In this document: piece after piece, positions 14,058-30,152 of the stretch
Layout: each line of letters starts with the position of its first letter
How positions within the stretch are numbered: position 1 is the first letter of the stretch
Source of the DNA: the human T2T-CHM13v2.0 reference genome, Homo sapiens
Assembly: GCF_009914755.1 (NCBI RefSeq)
Contig: NC_060929.1
DNA length: 64,000 nucleotides
Strand: one strand, 5' to 3'
Notes under the pieces: generated by a model
Seen by the model: only the letters and a program-made list of their open reading frames with translations
Told to the model about the DNA's origin: nothing
Databases searched by the model: none
Translations under genes and position numbers: made by a program

Positions 14058-14335
14058 AAAGAGATTTGTTAAAGGACACAAAATTCCAGCTAGCTAGGAG
14101 GAATACGTTCTAGTGTTCTACAGCACTGTAGGATGACTAGAGTTAACAGAAATATATAGATTCAAATAGCTAGAAAGAGGATATTGAATGTTCCCAACAC
14201 AAAGATGATAAAAATTTGCAGTGATGTATATGCTAATTATCCTAATCTGTTCACTATACATGGTATGTATCAAAGCATCACTATTTACGCCATGAATATG
14301 TACAATTACTATTTGTCAAATAAACTAAAAAATTT
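14058..14335 (+). mobile_element. L1MA 3' end fragment
   Basis: 'agagatttgttaaaggacacaaaatt..aggaggaatacgttctagtgttcta..gaatgttcccaacacaaag..catgaatatgtacaatta' is typical of the L1MA 3' UTR. Confidence 0.8.
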
Positions 14336-14627
14336 TTTGAATTAGATCAAAAATATAGATCCCATACATAAACCAGGGAAAAAGGAAAGGTAGAATATTC
14401 TAAGACTAGAAGCACTTCAAAGAGTCTGTATGAAACTGTATTTCCTGGGTAGGGAAATGCTGGATGCTGCAGGGTTAGCCTTAGCAGTGCTGAAGGGTCA
14501 CTCATTTTGGGACTCCTCTACAGAGCATTGCTGCTAAAGGCAGGAGTTCAAAATAGACTCAATTCCAGTGAAAATTATTATCAATGCAGGCTTGTTTCAT
14601 TTAAAGGTTCTTAATTTCAAAATATTA

Positions 14628-15197
<570 letters not shown>

Positions 15198-15249
15198 TTA
15201 AGACTTTTTTTCCTCCTCAATGTTTCTCAGATTTTTGGTAACTCTTGTC

Positions 15250-15595
15250 AATGAAGGCTAGATCCATGGCAGACTGTTCTACGGGAGTTGGAGCCACAGA
15301 GGAGACATGGTCCCTGTCAGAAATGTCACTCCATCCTGGGTGGAGAGGGAGTGAGTGGGAGGGGGGATGTGTGTGAGGGTTATGGGAGGACTAGGGGTGC
15401 AGGTAGAGGGAGGAGAAATACCCTGCCTTCTCCCTCCCACTCTGCCTGCCATCTCCTGCCTTGGCCTCCCATTGGCCAAACTCAGCAGGAACCTGGGAAA
15501 CCAGAGCCTGCAGGGATCCACCTCCTGAGCACAGAGCAGGAAGGGGCAATAAATAGATCTGAAAGCAGAGAGACCAAGGACCGCAACTATAGCAT
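15250..15595 (-). mobile_element. LTR33-family (ERVL) LTR fragment
   Basis: 'cctcccattggccaaactc..ctcctgagcacagagcagg..agatctgaaagc' is the reverse complement of the LTR33 5' pattern. Confidence 0.6.
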
Positions 15596-16428
15596 ATGAT
15601 TTAGGGAGAATTCACAGATTAATTATGATACATTGACAACATTACTATTTCTGGGTAGTGTCCACTGTGCTCCCATAACATCCAGGTGTTCCTGCACCTG
15701 GAGAAGTCTGAGCATGATTGCTGGGTTTCTTAGCAGTCCAAGGCAGAGAATGATGTATCATGGTGGTTTCAAACTGTGTCCCATAGACCCAGAGCTTCCA
15801 TGGAGCTTTCCCCAGTGTCTGCTCTGCAGATGGAGTGTACTGCGTACGTGGGGCTCCAGCCTCCATCTCTGCTTCTGGCATGTGAAGTTGCTACTAAGAA
15901 TTGTCTCAATGATTGCAGCTCATTTTTTCCTACAGTTTCTTACGATGTCAAGTTACTCTACCACATTTATAGACTACACATAGATACAGCCCACTCCAGC
16001 TTAGAGTGGGTGCACATATGTAGCTATGTTTGGAATTTCAAATACTTTTTCCCAAAATAATATCAAGGTAGTTAGAACCTCAGACCAGCCTACACAATCC
16101 CGCTTAACTATAATGTACCTGAAATAAGATTCTATGCTAACAATAACTAAATTAGAAACTTGGCACCACTTATAACAAAATTTCAACAGAAAAATGTATT
16201 CCTGTTCCCATCTGAAATGCAGGAAATACATCTTATCTCCTTACAGTAAGATCTGAGACTCCCCTTCCTCACACCATAACTACATTCCAGGGAAGGAAAG
16301 AGAGTGTCTTTGCCATTTATGAGCTACTGCTGGTGTTCACTTTAGAAAAATGAGGTTAACATTTTCTATTCTCTGTGGAGGGGCAGGGCTGGGCCCAATG
16401 AAGATAAATGAGGGAAGGTTGAAAAAGA

Positions 16429-16740
16429 GTTTTCTTTTTCTTTTTTGAGACAGCATCTTACTTTGTTGCCCAGGCTGGAGGGCAGTGGCACAATCACTGC
16501 TCATTGCAGCCTTGATCTCCCTGGGCTCAGGTGATCATCCCACCTCAGCCTCCTGAGTAGCTGGGACCACAGGCACACTCTACCAAGCCTGGCTAATTTT
16601 TATCTTTTATTTTTAGTTTTTTGTTAGAGATGGGGTTTTGCTGTTGCTCAGGCTGGTCTTGAACTCCTGGGCTCAAGTGATTTGCTCACCTCAGCCTCCC
16701 AAAGTGCTAAGATTACAGGCATGAGCCACTGTATCTGGCC
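16429..16740 (-). mobile_element. Alu (AluJ-type)
   Basis: Antisense Alu with 'gggctcaggtgatc' and 'ctcctgggctcaagtga'. Confidence 0.93.
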
Positions 16741-17383
16741 CTTGATGGGTTTTTTATTTGGGATTTTTTTTAGGACAGTTTGCTTCTCTTGGTTTTTTTC
16801 CAGTTTTATTGAGGTATGTTGACAAATAAAAAATTGTATGTGTTTAAGATGTACAATGTGGGTTTTAACATAGCTGTATGCTTATGTAATGATTTCTATA
16901 ATTAAGCTAATTGACATATCCATCATTTGACATAGTTAACAATTTGTATGTGTGTGTGGTAAGAACACTTAAGATCTGCTCTCTTAGCAAATATCAAATA
17001 TATAATAGATTATTATTAACTATAGTTAACATGCTGTACATGAGATCTCTAGAAAATATTCGTCTTATACTTGAAAGTTTGCACCCTTTGACCAACATCT
17101 CACCCTTTCCCCCACCATTCTGCTAGCCCCTGGCAACCACCATTCTGCTTTCTGTTACTCTAAGTTTAACTTTTTTAGATTCCACATATAAGCGATATTA
17201 TGCAATATCTGTATCTATTGTGTCTGACTTATTTCACTTAGCATGATGTCTTTCAAGTTCATCCACATTATCCCAAAGGGCAGGGTTTTCTTCTTTTTTA
17301 AAGCTGAATAATATGCCATTCTTATAGGGGACTAGACAGAAAGAGATCATAATTTCTTTATCCATTAATCCTTCAATGGACAC

Positions 17384-17772
17384 TGACACGGTTTGGCTCA
17401 GTGTCCCCACCCAAATCTCATAGTGAATTATAATCCCCACAAGTTGGAGGGGAAGCCTGGGCAGGGGGTGATTGGATCATGGGGGTGGATTTCCCCCTTG
17501 CTGTTCTCATGATGGTGAGTAAGTTCTCACAAGATCTGATGGTTTAAAAGTGTGTGGCACTTCTCTGTTTTCTCACTCCCTCTCTCCTGCTCTGCCATGA
17601 TAAGAAGTGCTTGCTTCCCCTTTGCCCTCTACCAGGACCGTAAGTTTCCTGAGGCCTCCCAGTCATGCTTCCTGTTAAGCCTGTGGAATTATGAGTCAAT
17701 TAAACCTCTTGTCTTCATCAATTACCCAGTCTCAGGTAGTTCTTTATAGCAGTGTGAAAATGGACTAATACA
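17384..17772 (+). mobile_element. THE1D/MSTA-type MaLR solo LTR
   Basis: tgacacggtttggctc..gtccccacccaaatctcat...gcagtgtgaaaatggactaataca; perfect 5-bp TSD gacac (17379-17383, 17773-17777). Confidence 0.9.
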
Positions 17773-18274
17773 GACACTTATGTTGTTTCCATATCTTGGG
17801 TACTATAATAATGCTGCAATGAATGTGGAAGGACAGATATCTCTTCAAGATACTGATTTCATTTCCTTCATATATATACCCAGAAGTGGGATTATCTGGA
17901 TATATGGCAATTCTGCTTTTAATTTTTTGAAGAACCTCTATACTGTTTTCCATAATGGCTGTACCAATTTACATTCCGACCAACAGTGTGCAAAGATTCC
18001 CTTTTCCCCACATCCTCACCAACATTTGTTATCTCTTGGCCTTTTGATAATAGCTAACCTAACAGGTATGAGGTGATATTTTATTGTGGTTTTAATTTGT
18101 ATTTCCCTGATGTTGAGCACCTTTCCATGTAACTGTTGTTCATTTGTATGTCTTCTTTAGAAAAAGTGTATATTGAGGTCTTTTGACTATTTCCTATTTG
18201 GGTTAGTGGTTTTTTGCTCTTGAGTTGTATGGGTTCCTTATATTTTGGATATTATCCTTTCTCAAAAATATGAT

Positions 18275-18874
18275 GTGATGATTAATTTTAGTTGTCAACT
18301 TGACTAAATTAAATGATACCTAGATTGCTGATAAAGCATTATTTATGGGTGTGTCTGTGAGGGTGATTCCAGAAGAGATTGACATGTGATCCAGTGGACT
18401 GAGTGGGTAAGATCCATCCTCAGTGTGGGCAGACACCACCCAATTAGCTGAAGACCCGGATAGAACAAAAAACAAAAACAAAAACAAAAACAAAAAAACA
18501 AAAAAAAAACAACAGAGGAAATGTTAATTTGCCCTCTCTCTCCTGGAGCTGAGAAACCCATCTTCTCCTGTCCTTGGACATCAGAACTTCAGGCTTTTCA
18601 GCCTTTGAGCTTCACTACTTGCACCAGTGGTCCCCCACTCAGGCCTTCAGCCTTGATCTGAGAGTTACACCATCAGCTTCCATGGTTCTGAGGCCTTCAG
18701 ACTTGGACTGAGTTGAACAACCAGCCTCCCTGATTCCTCAGCTTGCAGACAGCTTATCAAGGAACTTAGCCTTCATAATCACGGGAGCTAATTCCTCTAA
18801 TAATTCCCCTCTCCTCTATCTATCTATCTATATCCTATTGGTTCTGCCCCTCCGGAGAACCCTGACTAATATAC
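18275..18874 (+). mobile_element. MLT2 (A/B-type, ERVL) solo LTR
   Basis: tgtgatgattaattttagttgtcaacttgac...ggagaaccctgactaatataca; internal (CAAAAA)n and (CTAT)n. Confidence 0.85.
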
Positions 18875-19210
18875 ATAGTTTACAAATATTTTTCCCATTC
18901 CATAGGTTGCTTTTTCATTTTATTATTATGGTTTTTTTTTGCTGTACAGATGCTTTTTAGTTTTAAATAGTCCCACTTGTTTAATTTTGCTTTTGTTGCA
19001 TGTGGTTTTGGTGTCATACAAAAAAAAAATCATTGCCAAAACCAAGATCAAGGAGCCTTTTTCTATATATTGTCTTCTAGAATCTTTATGGTTTCAGGTC
19101 TTAAATTTAAGTCTTTAGTCTATTTTGAGTTGATTTTTGTGTATGGTATAAGATACATGTCCAATTTCATTCTTTTGCATGTGGATATCCAGTTTTCCCA
19201 ATACCATTTA

Positions 19211-21645
19211 TAGTATAGTTTGGATATGTGTCTCCTCTAAATCTCATGTTGAAATGTAATCCCTTGATTACATTGAGGTAGAAACTTCTGGGAGGTGATT
19301 GGATCATGGGGGACTGAATCCTTCATGAATGGCTTGAGTCACCCCCATGGTGATAAGTGAGCTCTTGCTCTGAGTTTACATGAGATATGGTCATTTAAAA
19401 GTATGTGGCACCTCCCCCAACCCATTCTCTTTCTTGCACCTGCTTTTGCCATGTGACATACTTGTTCCCCCTTGGCCTTCCACTATGATTGTAAGCTTCC
19501 TGAGGCCTCCCCAAAAGCAGATGCCAACACTATGCTTTCTGTACAGCCTGCAGAACTGTGAACCAATTAAACCTCTTTTCTTACAAATGACCCAGTCTCA
19601 GGTATTTCTTTATAGCAAGGAAGAATGGTCTAATACAGAAAATAGGTACCAGGAGTGAGGTATTGCTACAAAGACACCTAAAAATGTGGAAGAAACTTTG
19701 GAACTGGGTAACAGCTAGAGGTTGGAAGAGTTTGAAGGGCTCAGAAGAAGACAGGAAGATGAAGGAAGTTTTGCAACTTCTTAGAGACTGGTTACATGGT
19801 TGTGGCCAAAATGCTGGTAGTGATATGAACAGTGAAGTCCAGGCTGATGAGGTCTCAGATGGAAATGAGGAACTTATTGGAAACTGCAGCAAAGCAAAGA
19901 TCACCTCTGTTATTCCTTAGCAAAAAACTTGGCTGTATTGTGTCCATGCCCTAGGGATCTGTGGAAGTTTGAACTAAAGAGTGATGACTTAGGGAAGAAA
20001 TTTATAAACAGCAAAGCTTCAAGATGTGGCCTAGATTCTTTTAACAACCTCTGCTCAGATGCAGGAGCAAAGAAATGACTGTAAGTTGGAATTTATATTT
20101 AAAAGGGAAGCAGAGGGTAAAGGTTTGGAAAGTCTGCAGCCTGGCCATGTGACAGAGAAAGAAAACGTTTTTTGGGGAGAGGAATTCAAGCAGGCTGTGG
20201 AGCAAATATTTGCTAGAGATATTTGCATAATTAAAAAGGGACCAAGTGCTCATAGCCAAGACAATAGAGAAAAGGTCTCAAAGACATTTCAGAGACATTT
20301 GTGGCAGTCCCTTCCATCACAGGCCCAGAGGCCTAGGGGGAAAGAATGTTTTCATGGTCAGGCCCTGGGCCCTACTACTCTGCATAGCCTCAGGACATTA
20401 CTCCCTGAATCCAAGCTGTTCCAGCACCATCTGTGTCTCAAAGGAGCCCAGGTACAGCTCAGGCTGTCCCTGGGGAGAATGGAAGCCTTGCTGACTTCCA
20501 TGCATAGGTAAGCCTGTAGTCACACAGAGTACAAGAGTGAATAATGTTTGTCATCCTCCTGCTAGTTTCAGAGGCTATATGAGAAAACCTGGATGTTCAG
20601 GCAGAAGCCTGCTACAGAGCCCCCACAGAGGAACCTCAACTAGAGAAGTGCAGAAGAGAAATGTGGGGTTGGAACTTCCACACAGAGTCCTCACTGGGGC
20701 ACTGCCTAGTGGAACTCTGAGAAGGGAACTACCAGCCTTTAGACCCCAGAACTGTAGAGCCACAGGAAGCTTTCACCCTGTGCCTGGAAAAGCCACAGTG
20801 CTCAGCAACCTGTAGAAGAAGACATGGGGGCTGAACCCTGCAAAGCCACAGAAGCAGAGCTGCCCAAGGCCTTGGGAGCCCATCCTTCACACCAGTGTGC
20901 CCTGGATGCACACCATGGAGTCAAAGGAGATTATTTTGGAGCCTTAAGATTTAAGGACTGCCCAATTTCTCTTTTTGAAATGGACATGTTTACCCAATGC
21001 CTATACCCCTCATTGTATCTTGGAAGTAACTAACTTAGTTTGATTTTACAGGCTTATAGGTGGAAGGAACTCATTTCCTAGACAAGACTTGGGACATTGG
21101 ACTTTGAACTTTTGAGTGATGCTTAAACAAGTTGAGACTTTTGGGGGTCTATTGAGAAGGAATAATTGTATTTTGAAATGTGAGGAGAACATGAGATTTG
21201 AGGAACCAAGGTCAGAATGATATAGTTTGAATACGTGTCCCCTGTAAATCTCATGTTGAAATGTAATCCTCAATGTTGGAGGTGGGACCTGGTGGAAGGT
21301 AACTGGATCATAGGGTTGGTGGATCCCTCATGAATGGCTTTGGCCATCCCCTTGGTAATAAGTGAGTTCTTGCTCCAAGTTCACAGAGATCTGGCCATTT
21401 AAAAGTGTGTGGCACCTCCCGCCCACCCACTCTCTCTCTCTTGCTCCTGCTTTTGCCATGTGATATGCCTGTTCACCCTTTGCCTTCTGCCGTGATTGTA
21501 AGCTTCCTGAGGGCTCCCCAGGAGCAGATGCTGGCACTATGCTTCCTGTACAGTCTGCAGAACTGTGAGCCAGTTAAACCTCTTTTCTTATAAATGATCT
21601 AGTCTCAGTTATTTCTTTATAACAATGCAAGAATAGCCTAATACA
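19211..21645 (+). mobile_element. Full-length MST (MSTA/B-type) MaLR: LTR 19211-19637, internal 19638-21217, LTR 21218-21645
   Basis: Two homologous LTRs ending ctaataca; internal begins gaaaataggtaccaggag; broken ORFs (WNWVTARGWKSLKGSEEDRKM..DEVSDGNEELIGN) typical of MaLR internal; cattt flanks both ends. Confidence 0.9.
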
Positions 21646-21854
21646 CATTTGTCAATAATTCTTGTATCCATTCATAAAAAGATTATCTTTTCCCATTATG
21701 GATTCTTGGCACCTTTGTCAAAGATTAGTTAAACATATATGCATGTGTTTGCCTTCTTCTAGTTTAACCCACGATGGAATTAACTCCTTTTCTTTTTTCC
21801 TATCAGCCCCAGAAATGGGCCTACCCACTTCCCCTTCTGAGGGTTTTGACTACT

Positions 21855-22245
21855 AGTATACTAGATGGCTATGGCTGCCATAACAAAATGCCACAGATGG
21901 ATGGGTTAAACAATAGAAATGGAGGCTGGAAGTCCAAGATCAAGGTGCCTGCAGCTTTAGTTTCCTCTGAGGCCTCTCTCCTTGGCTGGCAGATGGCCTT
22001 CCTCTTGTGGCTTCTTCACATGGTCTTTCTTCTGTGCATGCACACCCCTTGTGTCTCTCATGCATCCAGATGTTCTCTTCCTATAAGAACATCAGTCAGA
22101 TTGGCTTAGGACCCACCTGGAAGCCTCATTTTAACTTAACCACATCTTGAATAGCCTTATCCCCCAAAACAGTCACATTCTGAGGTACCGGGGGTGAGGG
22201 CTTTAGCACAGAAATGTGGTGAGGGACACAATTCAGCCCATAACA
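21855..22245 (-). mobile_element. MLT1A/B-type solo LTR
   Basis: 'gctgccataacaaaatgccacag..ggaggctggaagtccaagatcaaggtg..gggacacaattcagcccataaca'. Confidence 0.85.
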
Positions 22246-22430
22246 GGCAGTAATGAGAAGGAAGTGGGCAGAGTATTTATGTCCTCACACACTGTACTAG
22301 GCCACAAGGTCCTTTTGGATGATTAATAAACACACTGGCACACACACAAACTTGGCATTTGCCACTTAAAATCCACTTGCCCTTTACTCGGTTCCTAGTT
22401 CTCTGGACTCAGAGATTCTGGGAAAATGTC

Positions 22431-22489
22431 TGAGAGAGAGGGAGAGAGAGAGCCAGAGAGAGACAGAGAGAGAGAGAGAGAGCAGAGAT
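22431..22489. repeat. Imperfect (GA)n microsatellite
   Basis: gagagagagggagagagagagccagagagagacagagag... Confidence 0.9.
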
Positions 22490-23194
22490 ACAGTAGTGCC
22501 CTGGGCCCCTTCTGTACTTTGACTAATACTTTAATCTTAATTCCTTCTCTCCCAACTTCACTGGAGGCCACCACCTGTATTTAACTGGTAGTAGCTAAAC
22601 TCAGGTTCCTCATGAGGCCAGAAAAAGTCCATATAAAGCTGATTTCTCACCCTTCTTCTTGCTTGTTGGTGACTCAAGAAGCAATTATATCACACTTTTG
22701 GACTGACTGACAAAGAAATGGTATCAGGCCATTCTGAATGACAACCCTTCAATTCTGAAGAAACTGACCCAACTAACCAGGTTCAGATAGTAATTCGGGG
22801 CGGGGGGGAGGGCAATTTGATTTCCCCTTCCAGGCATCACTCTAGACCAAGTCCAGATGCCAAAGCCCAAACCCTCAATAACTGCACTAGAGCCAAGAAG
22901 AGCCTGGAACTTGGTGACAACCTCTGAGTCTGCATAGCCAACAGTGACTGGAATGTTACTGTTGCATAACAGGATGTTAGAATGAAGCTATCCTTGCCTC
23001 TGAGTCTACTAAAGCACCAGTATGACAGATATCAGGATATCAAATGTGGTCAAGTTCCCTCATCCCCAAACGCAGAATGAAGGAGGACCTCATTAAATGT
23101 GCAACAGTTAATTTTTTGTCAGCTTGGATAGGCTACAGTACCCAGATAGTTGGTCAAACAGTACTCTAGATGTTTCAGTGAAATTATTTTTTAG

Positions 23195-24147
<953 letters not shown>

Positions 24148-24337
24148 CCCTTAATAATGTGGGTTGGCCTCATCCAATCAGTTGAAGGCTTTAATTTAAA
24201 AAAAAAAACATAAAAAAGATTGACCTTCCCTGAGCAAGAAGAATTCTGCCAGCAGACCACCTTTGGACTTGAACTGCAATTTTTCCATCAGCCTCTAGCC
24301 TACCAGCCTATTCCTATCCGATCAGATTTTGAACTCA

Positions 24338-24905
<568 letters not shown>

Positions 24906-27900
24906 TTACCTGGTTGTGAGTCCCAGCTCCCCCTTTAGGGGAGGGGTGAGAAGTACTACCCTGCATCCCAGGTAAAGTGAGAAAGGTATCAAGGGAACCT
25001 CTCAGAGGCTCTGAAATGTGTTCTCTGAGTTGGCCCGGTGCCTAACTTTGTACAGCTAAAGTGGACTATAAACCTGTTTCTTGTCCAACAGAGCCACCTG
25101 TAGGGGTGAAGAGACCTCAGGAAAAGGCTGGAGACTTAGCACCTTATGTCCAGACACCAAGGGAAAGGGTCACTAGAAATCATTTGAAAGAAAAATGCTT
25201 CTTCCTAGGTAAAGAGAACTGGAGGAGAGAGACGCCCAGTAGCACACCTCTGAGAAGTCCACAAAGGAGAGAAAAGAATCAGCAGTGATCATCTATCAGG
25301 CCTAAATGGGGATGCCAGCTTCAGATACCCACTGGGCCCAGAGCCAAGAGCCACCCAGCCAGATAAGAACTTTGCTATGCCTGCGTCTTCCCACCTTTCC
25401 TGAGTTTCCATTGCCTGAAGTACAAAGTGGGGACCAGGGAGAAGGTAGAAAGCTGAACAACCACACCCCTTTCCCACTGAGGACTTCTAGGAAGAAACAA
25501 GCTTATCTGATGAAAAAAGGGGGGAGGGAAAAGCATCAGGCAGGCTTAAAGTTTTGATAACACTAACCTGGACATTCCCACTGTAAAGTAAATCTCTAGT
25601 TATGACTTAAAGAAGTTCCAAGATTATCTATTACTTAAGAGTGAATAGAAAAATCATGGGGTGGGTAGCTTCAACCAAGATTATGGAAAGATAATTCCCC
25701 ACTGAACAAAGTTTAAAGAAGCAGTAGGAGGGAAAAAAAATAAGTTGTGTTATGATCACAACCACACATCACGCTTGTGCAGCATGCCAGCTACATTTGC
25801 TTGGCCCAGCTGGTGTAACTCTTGTAACAACCGTCCTTAGATCTCATCCTGTTTGAATGACAAGTGATTGAGATGATTGCTTTTGCTTTTGGAAAAATCC
25901 CCAAAGAGGAAAATGCCACCCATGTGTTTTGGAGAGAAGAAACTTGATCAAATACTAACAACAGGACCTGGTCTACTAGCAGAGGTAGGAACTTCTAGGA
26001 CTCACAGCTTTTTATACCTCCTTTCAGTCTTTGCTAACTTAAACCATCACAGTGTCACACTAATGTCATAAATGATACATGACTTTTTACATGGAAGAGA
26101 AAGTAAGATCCATCCAGTTCCAAAAGGACACCAGATTTCTGTTATCCTTATCCTCAGTGTTTCATTACAGCTTCTGTAATGAAACAGTGAGAACCAATGA
26201 GGTTTGGAACTTCAAAGAAGAGATAGAAGTTGAAGATAGCATGAAGGAGATTAGACCTATCCCAGCAATGATGCATTAGGGAGAGGAAAAGGAAGAAGAA
26301 GTGAGACAAATCTCAAAAAAAGGTGATGGCCAAGCAAAGCAATCCCCCAGCCACCTGTCACTTAGCTTCAGGCAGCTGCTGGTGAGGGAAAACCGCTGTG
26401 TACAGGAGGGACCTACATAGGTTGTACAAGTCAAGGCTGCTTGTAGCTTGTAGTGTCTACCATGCTTAACTTTGATTACCTGTACTCAAGATAGAGTAAA
26501 ACAGCAATGCCCTGCAACCTAAATCACTCTACTCAAACTGACAGAAAGATAAGCTTCATTACAGTAGCAAAAAGACAAATTTTTTACATAGCCGAGTTAT
26601 TATAGCACATTCTGATCAGGATAGCTTTAAATCTATACGTGTACATTTCTTGCCGAGTATGTTATTTAATAAGGACTAAAGTTAAATTGAAAGCAAAAGC
26701 ATAGTGAGTTTGTTGAAGTATTTATCTTATGTTCCTGACTGAAGAGATAAATTTAGTAGTTGTTTCTCAGGTAACTAAACTTTGCTGTCTGGTTTAGTTT
26801 TTCATGTATTTAATTTGCCTTTAAACCTGGATTCCTGCAAAGTTTCATAACTGCTTTAAAATATGGGCTTTATTAGAGATGTGAAAACTGAGAATGCAGT
26901 CATATTTTCTCCTTATTAATTCATCACGCAATAGCAAAGTGGGGAATGGAGATTTAGAACACTTAGATATCCAAACTGGAAAGACACAAAGCCAAGTAAC
27001 TAGGTCTTTATATGACCCTGAACATAATTCAGGTTCTACAAAGAAAAACTTGATTCCCTTATACTCAAAATCCTTTGGTTTTATAGTTGAATAGTGTAAT
27101 ATTTTACTTTTTAAAAATGATCATCTTTTGTGTAAGGATTTTCAAAGCTTCGTTTTTGCTTTCTTGCTCACTGGTTATTGTTTTCGGGAGGCAGGGGGTT
27201 GTTTTTAAATCTCACTTCAAGAGATGTCCTTGGATGGGGTTGGTAAATGAATGCTGCATACCCCCACTTTAAAGAAGTGCGTGAGTATCTGAGGAAGCTA
27301 CAGTCAATTCGTCAGGCTGACACAAATTCCAGGAAATCAGGCTAAGTCATCATCAGCATCACTTACTACTGACTATGTATTGAGAGGAAACGAATTTATA
27401 ACCTAGGTAAGCAAATAGCTATGCAACACAATGCAGAATGGAGAAAAACCACAGGAGTGATGAAGAAGGCTTGAGGTCAGAGGCGCCTCAGAAGTCTGAC
27501 TTAACAAAAGACTTCCAACTTCAAACTTAAGTCTGATTTTCATCTTTAAGTGCCACTGGGTAATTCTCTGAACATAATTTCCTCATCAATAAAATATTGA
27601 AAATTACTTAAGATTAAATGAGAGAAGAATGTGCCTAGCACATAGTAGATGCTGTATAAATGTTGGTCTCCTCTACATACCATGGGACCACGTGCTGGAA
27701 CACATGGTTGGCTCTTTATACTTAACAAAGAGGAACTAACTAGTTCATGTTAGTGACACTCAGCATAGAGCTCACACTGCAGCCATACATCCCTCCTCTG
27801 GAGTGTAGCAGCTGGCTGCATCTCCCAGTTGAAACCTGCCAACTGCTGAGTGTTGGCAACTACAATGGAGAAAAGACAATGGAGACCACATCTCCCAAAA

Positions 27901-28147
27901 AGCACCTTTTTCCAGGTAAGTCTGTGTTTCCATGGACTCCACAAGGACAGTTTACAGATATCCAAATGGGTAAAAAGTATGAGACAAAAATGTAAAACCT
28001 TGCTATTAAAAAATGCAAATTAAAGGAGTCACTTCTCTTTGTTTTTCAAAGTAGCAAAGACTTCAAAACTATTAAGTGCTAGCAGAGATGAAGTAGAACA
28101 CTGACTCTCATGGATTACTTGCGGGAATAGGGTGAAGCAAATATAAT

Positions 28148-28555
28148 TATTTGTCTGGGCTTTTAGAGAAGCAGATGCTAAGACTAGATTAAGCTTCACA
28201 CAAGAATTTTATCAGAGGAAATGCCCATGTGAGAAAAAATGGAGAGGGAGCCAAGGAAGGCTGAGAGAACCATCAGACCACAATGTAGTCTGACTTCAAG
28301 GGAAGGGAGGAAGGTTGAATGTAAGTGTCTTCGATTGCCTGGCAATCTCAGGAAGGCTCAGCAGGGCAATGGGGAAGCCCTTCAGCCAATGGCAGCCACC
28401 AGCAGAGTCCCAGGTACAGGTCTGCCTTAGTATCCCTTCCATGCTAGGGCACTGGCTGACAGCAGCCTGTGGGAAGAGTGGCCTTGGATAGGCCCTTAGT
28501 CAATTACACTCTTGCGTTTGGAGGACTTCGAGGTTCATTCCCATGGCCACCACAG
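28148..28555 (-). mobile_element. LTR16-family (ERVL) LTR
   Basis: 'agaagcagatgctaagact..tttatcagaggaaatgcc..ggagagggagcc..gagagaaccatcagaccacaatg' resembles antisense LTR16. Confidence 0.65.
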
Positions 28556-28579
28556 TGACCTTTTGGTAAACAAATTTAG

Positions 28580-28912
<333 letters not shown>

Positions 28913-30152
28913 CACTTTATTTAATCTAGAAGTCTACCTCTTGAAATCTATCCTAAGGAAATACCCTAAAATGGGAAAAATAACTTGAGTTACAAAGCTG
29001 TTCATTAAAAGTATTTATAATAGCAAAAAATCACAAGCTAAACATCACTTCCAGTTAATCATGGCAGTTTGTACTTCATCCATTTCACTCGTTTACTTCA
29101 GCTGCCCACCCCTATAGGCCTTCAAGTTTGTGAGTCCTATGATAGTGATAAAGGTGATATACGTGTTGTTTTCAAACCCACTGGTTAGCAGACCTTAGTC
29201 CTGCTGAACTTATTCATGACTCCAGGACTTGAAGGAGTGTTCTATATCTCAATCCAGGAAGTAGTTCCCAAAACTGTACACATAAGTAAAAATTCACCAA
29301 ATGTGCATTTAGGATTAAAGTACTTCATGCACTTTACTAGATGAGACTTAACCTCAAAAAGAAGGAAAAGAAGAAATCAAAGGACATGGCTGCTTAAATT
29401 TTCCTGCTTCATGACATAACTCTCTCAAATGCAAACACACATACCTGTTCATCTGACATAGGACTTAACCAGATTGCAGAGACAAACCAACCGCGGGACA
29501 AGAGGGGTGCTCCCAGCTGCACCACCACACACCTCCCTTTGTCCTTGTCCTCCTACTCATCATGACTATTTTCTTCTTTCAACTTTATCCTCCGCAGCTT
29601 CCACTACCTTAATCCTGTCACTGTCACTGGTGCCGTTCATTCCAAATCTCAATCCGTAGACACTCATCACTACTGTCTTCACCATTTGTACAGGGGGCCT
29701 GTTAGTATCTTACTGTCCTCTGCTTTCTTTATCAATTAAAAAAAAATTTCTTCAAATCCAGAAAGGACTTGGGTGACATCGTTGGATTTTTTTCTACAAT
29801 AACTATAAGCATATTATAACTAAATCTTACTTACTGTTTAAATTAAAGCTGCAATCTGTCACTTGCTTGATGCATAACATCTGCCCCTCAGAGATGACAA
29901 AATCAATTTGAATCCAAATAAGAACAAACTTTCACTCAACCATGGTATATGTATTCTGTGACCCCCATCAGGACACAATACAATTCTGGATTCAGATATC
30001 CAGCTTTTGTAACTTAGAAACCAATTATGACTTTGAATAATTCATTAATCCGGAGTTACATTAATTGGACGGTGTGGTGGCAGGTTGCTGATCCCACTCT
30101 TATATTATGTATTCAATAATATGTATTAAGCAAATATATATTGTTGGTAGAT

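Larger units (their letters stand above)
16795..21750 (-). mobile_element. L1MA (about MA8-10) 3' portion split by three LTR-element insertions
   Basis: Antisense L1 3' UTR/ORF2 end in collinear pieces 16795-17383, 17773-18274, 18875-19210 and 21646-21750. Confidence 0.8.

Noticed and set aside
19663-20815. ORFs with real protein-like sequence
   Set aside because: Fragments of the MST/MaLR internal ORF, frameshifted; not a cellular gene
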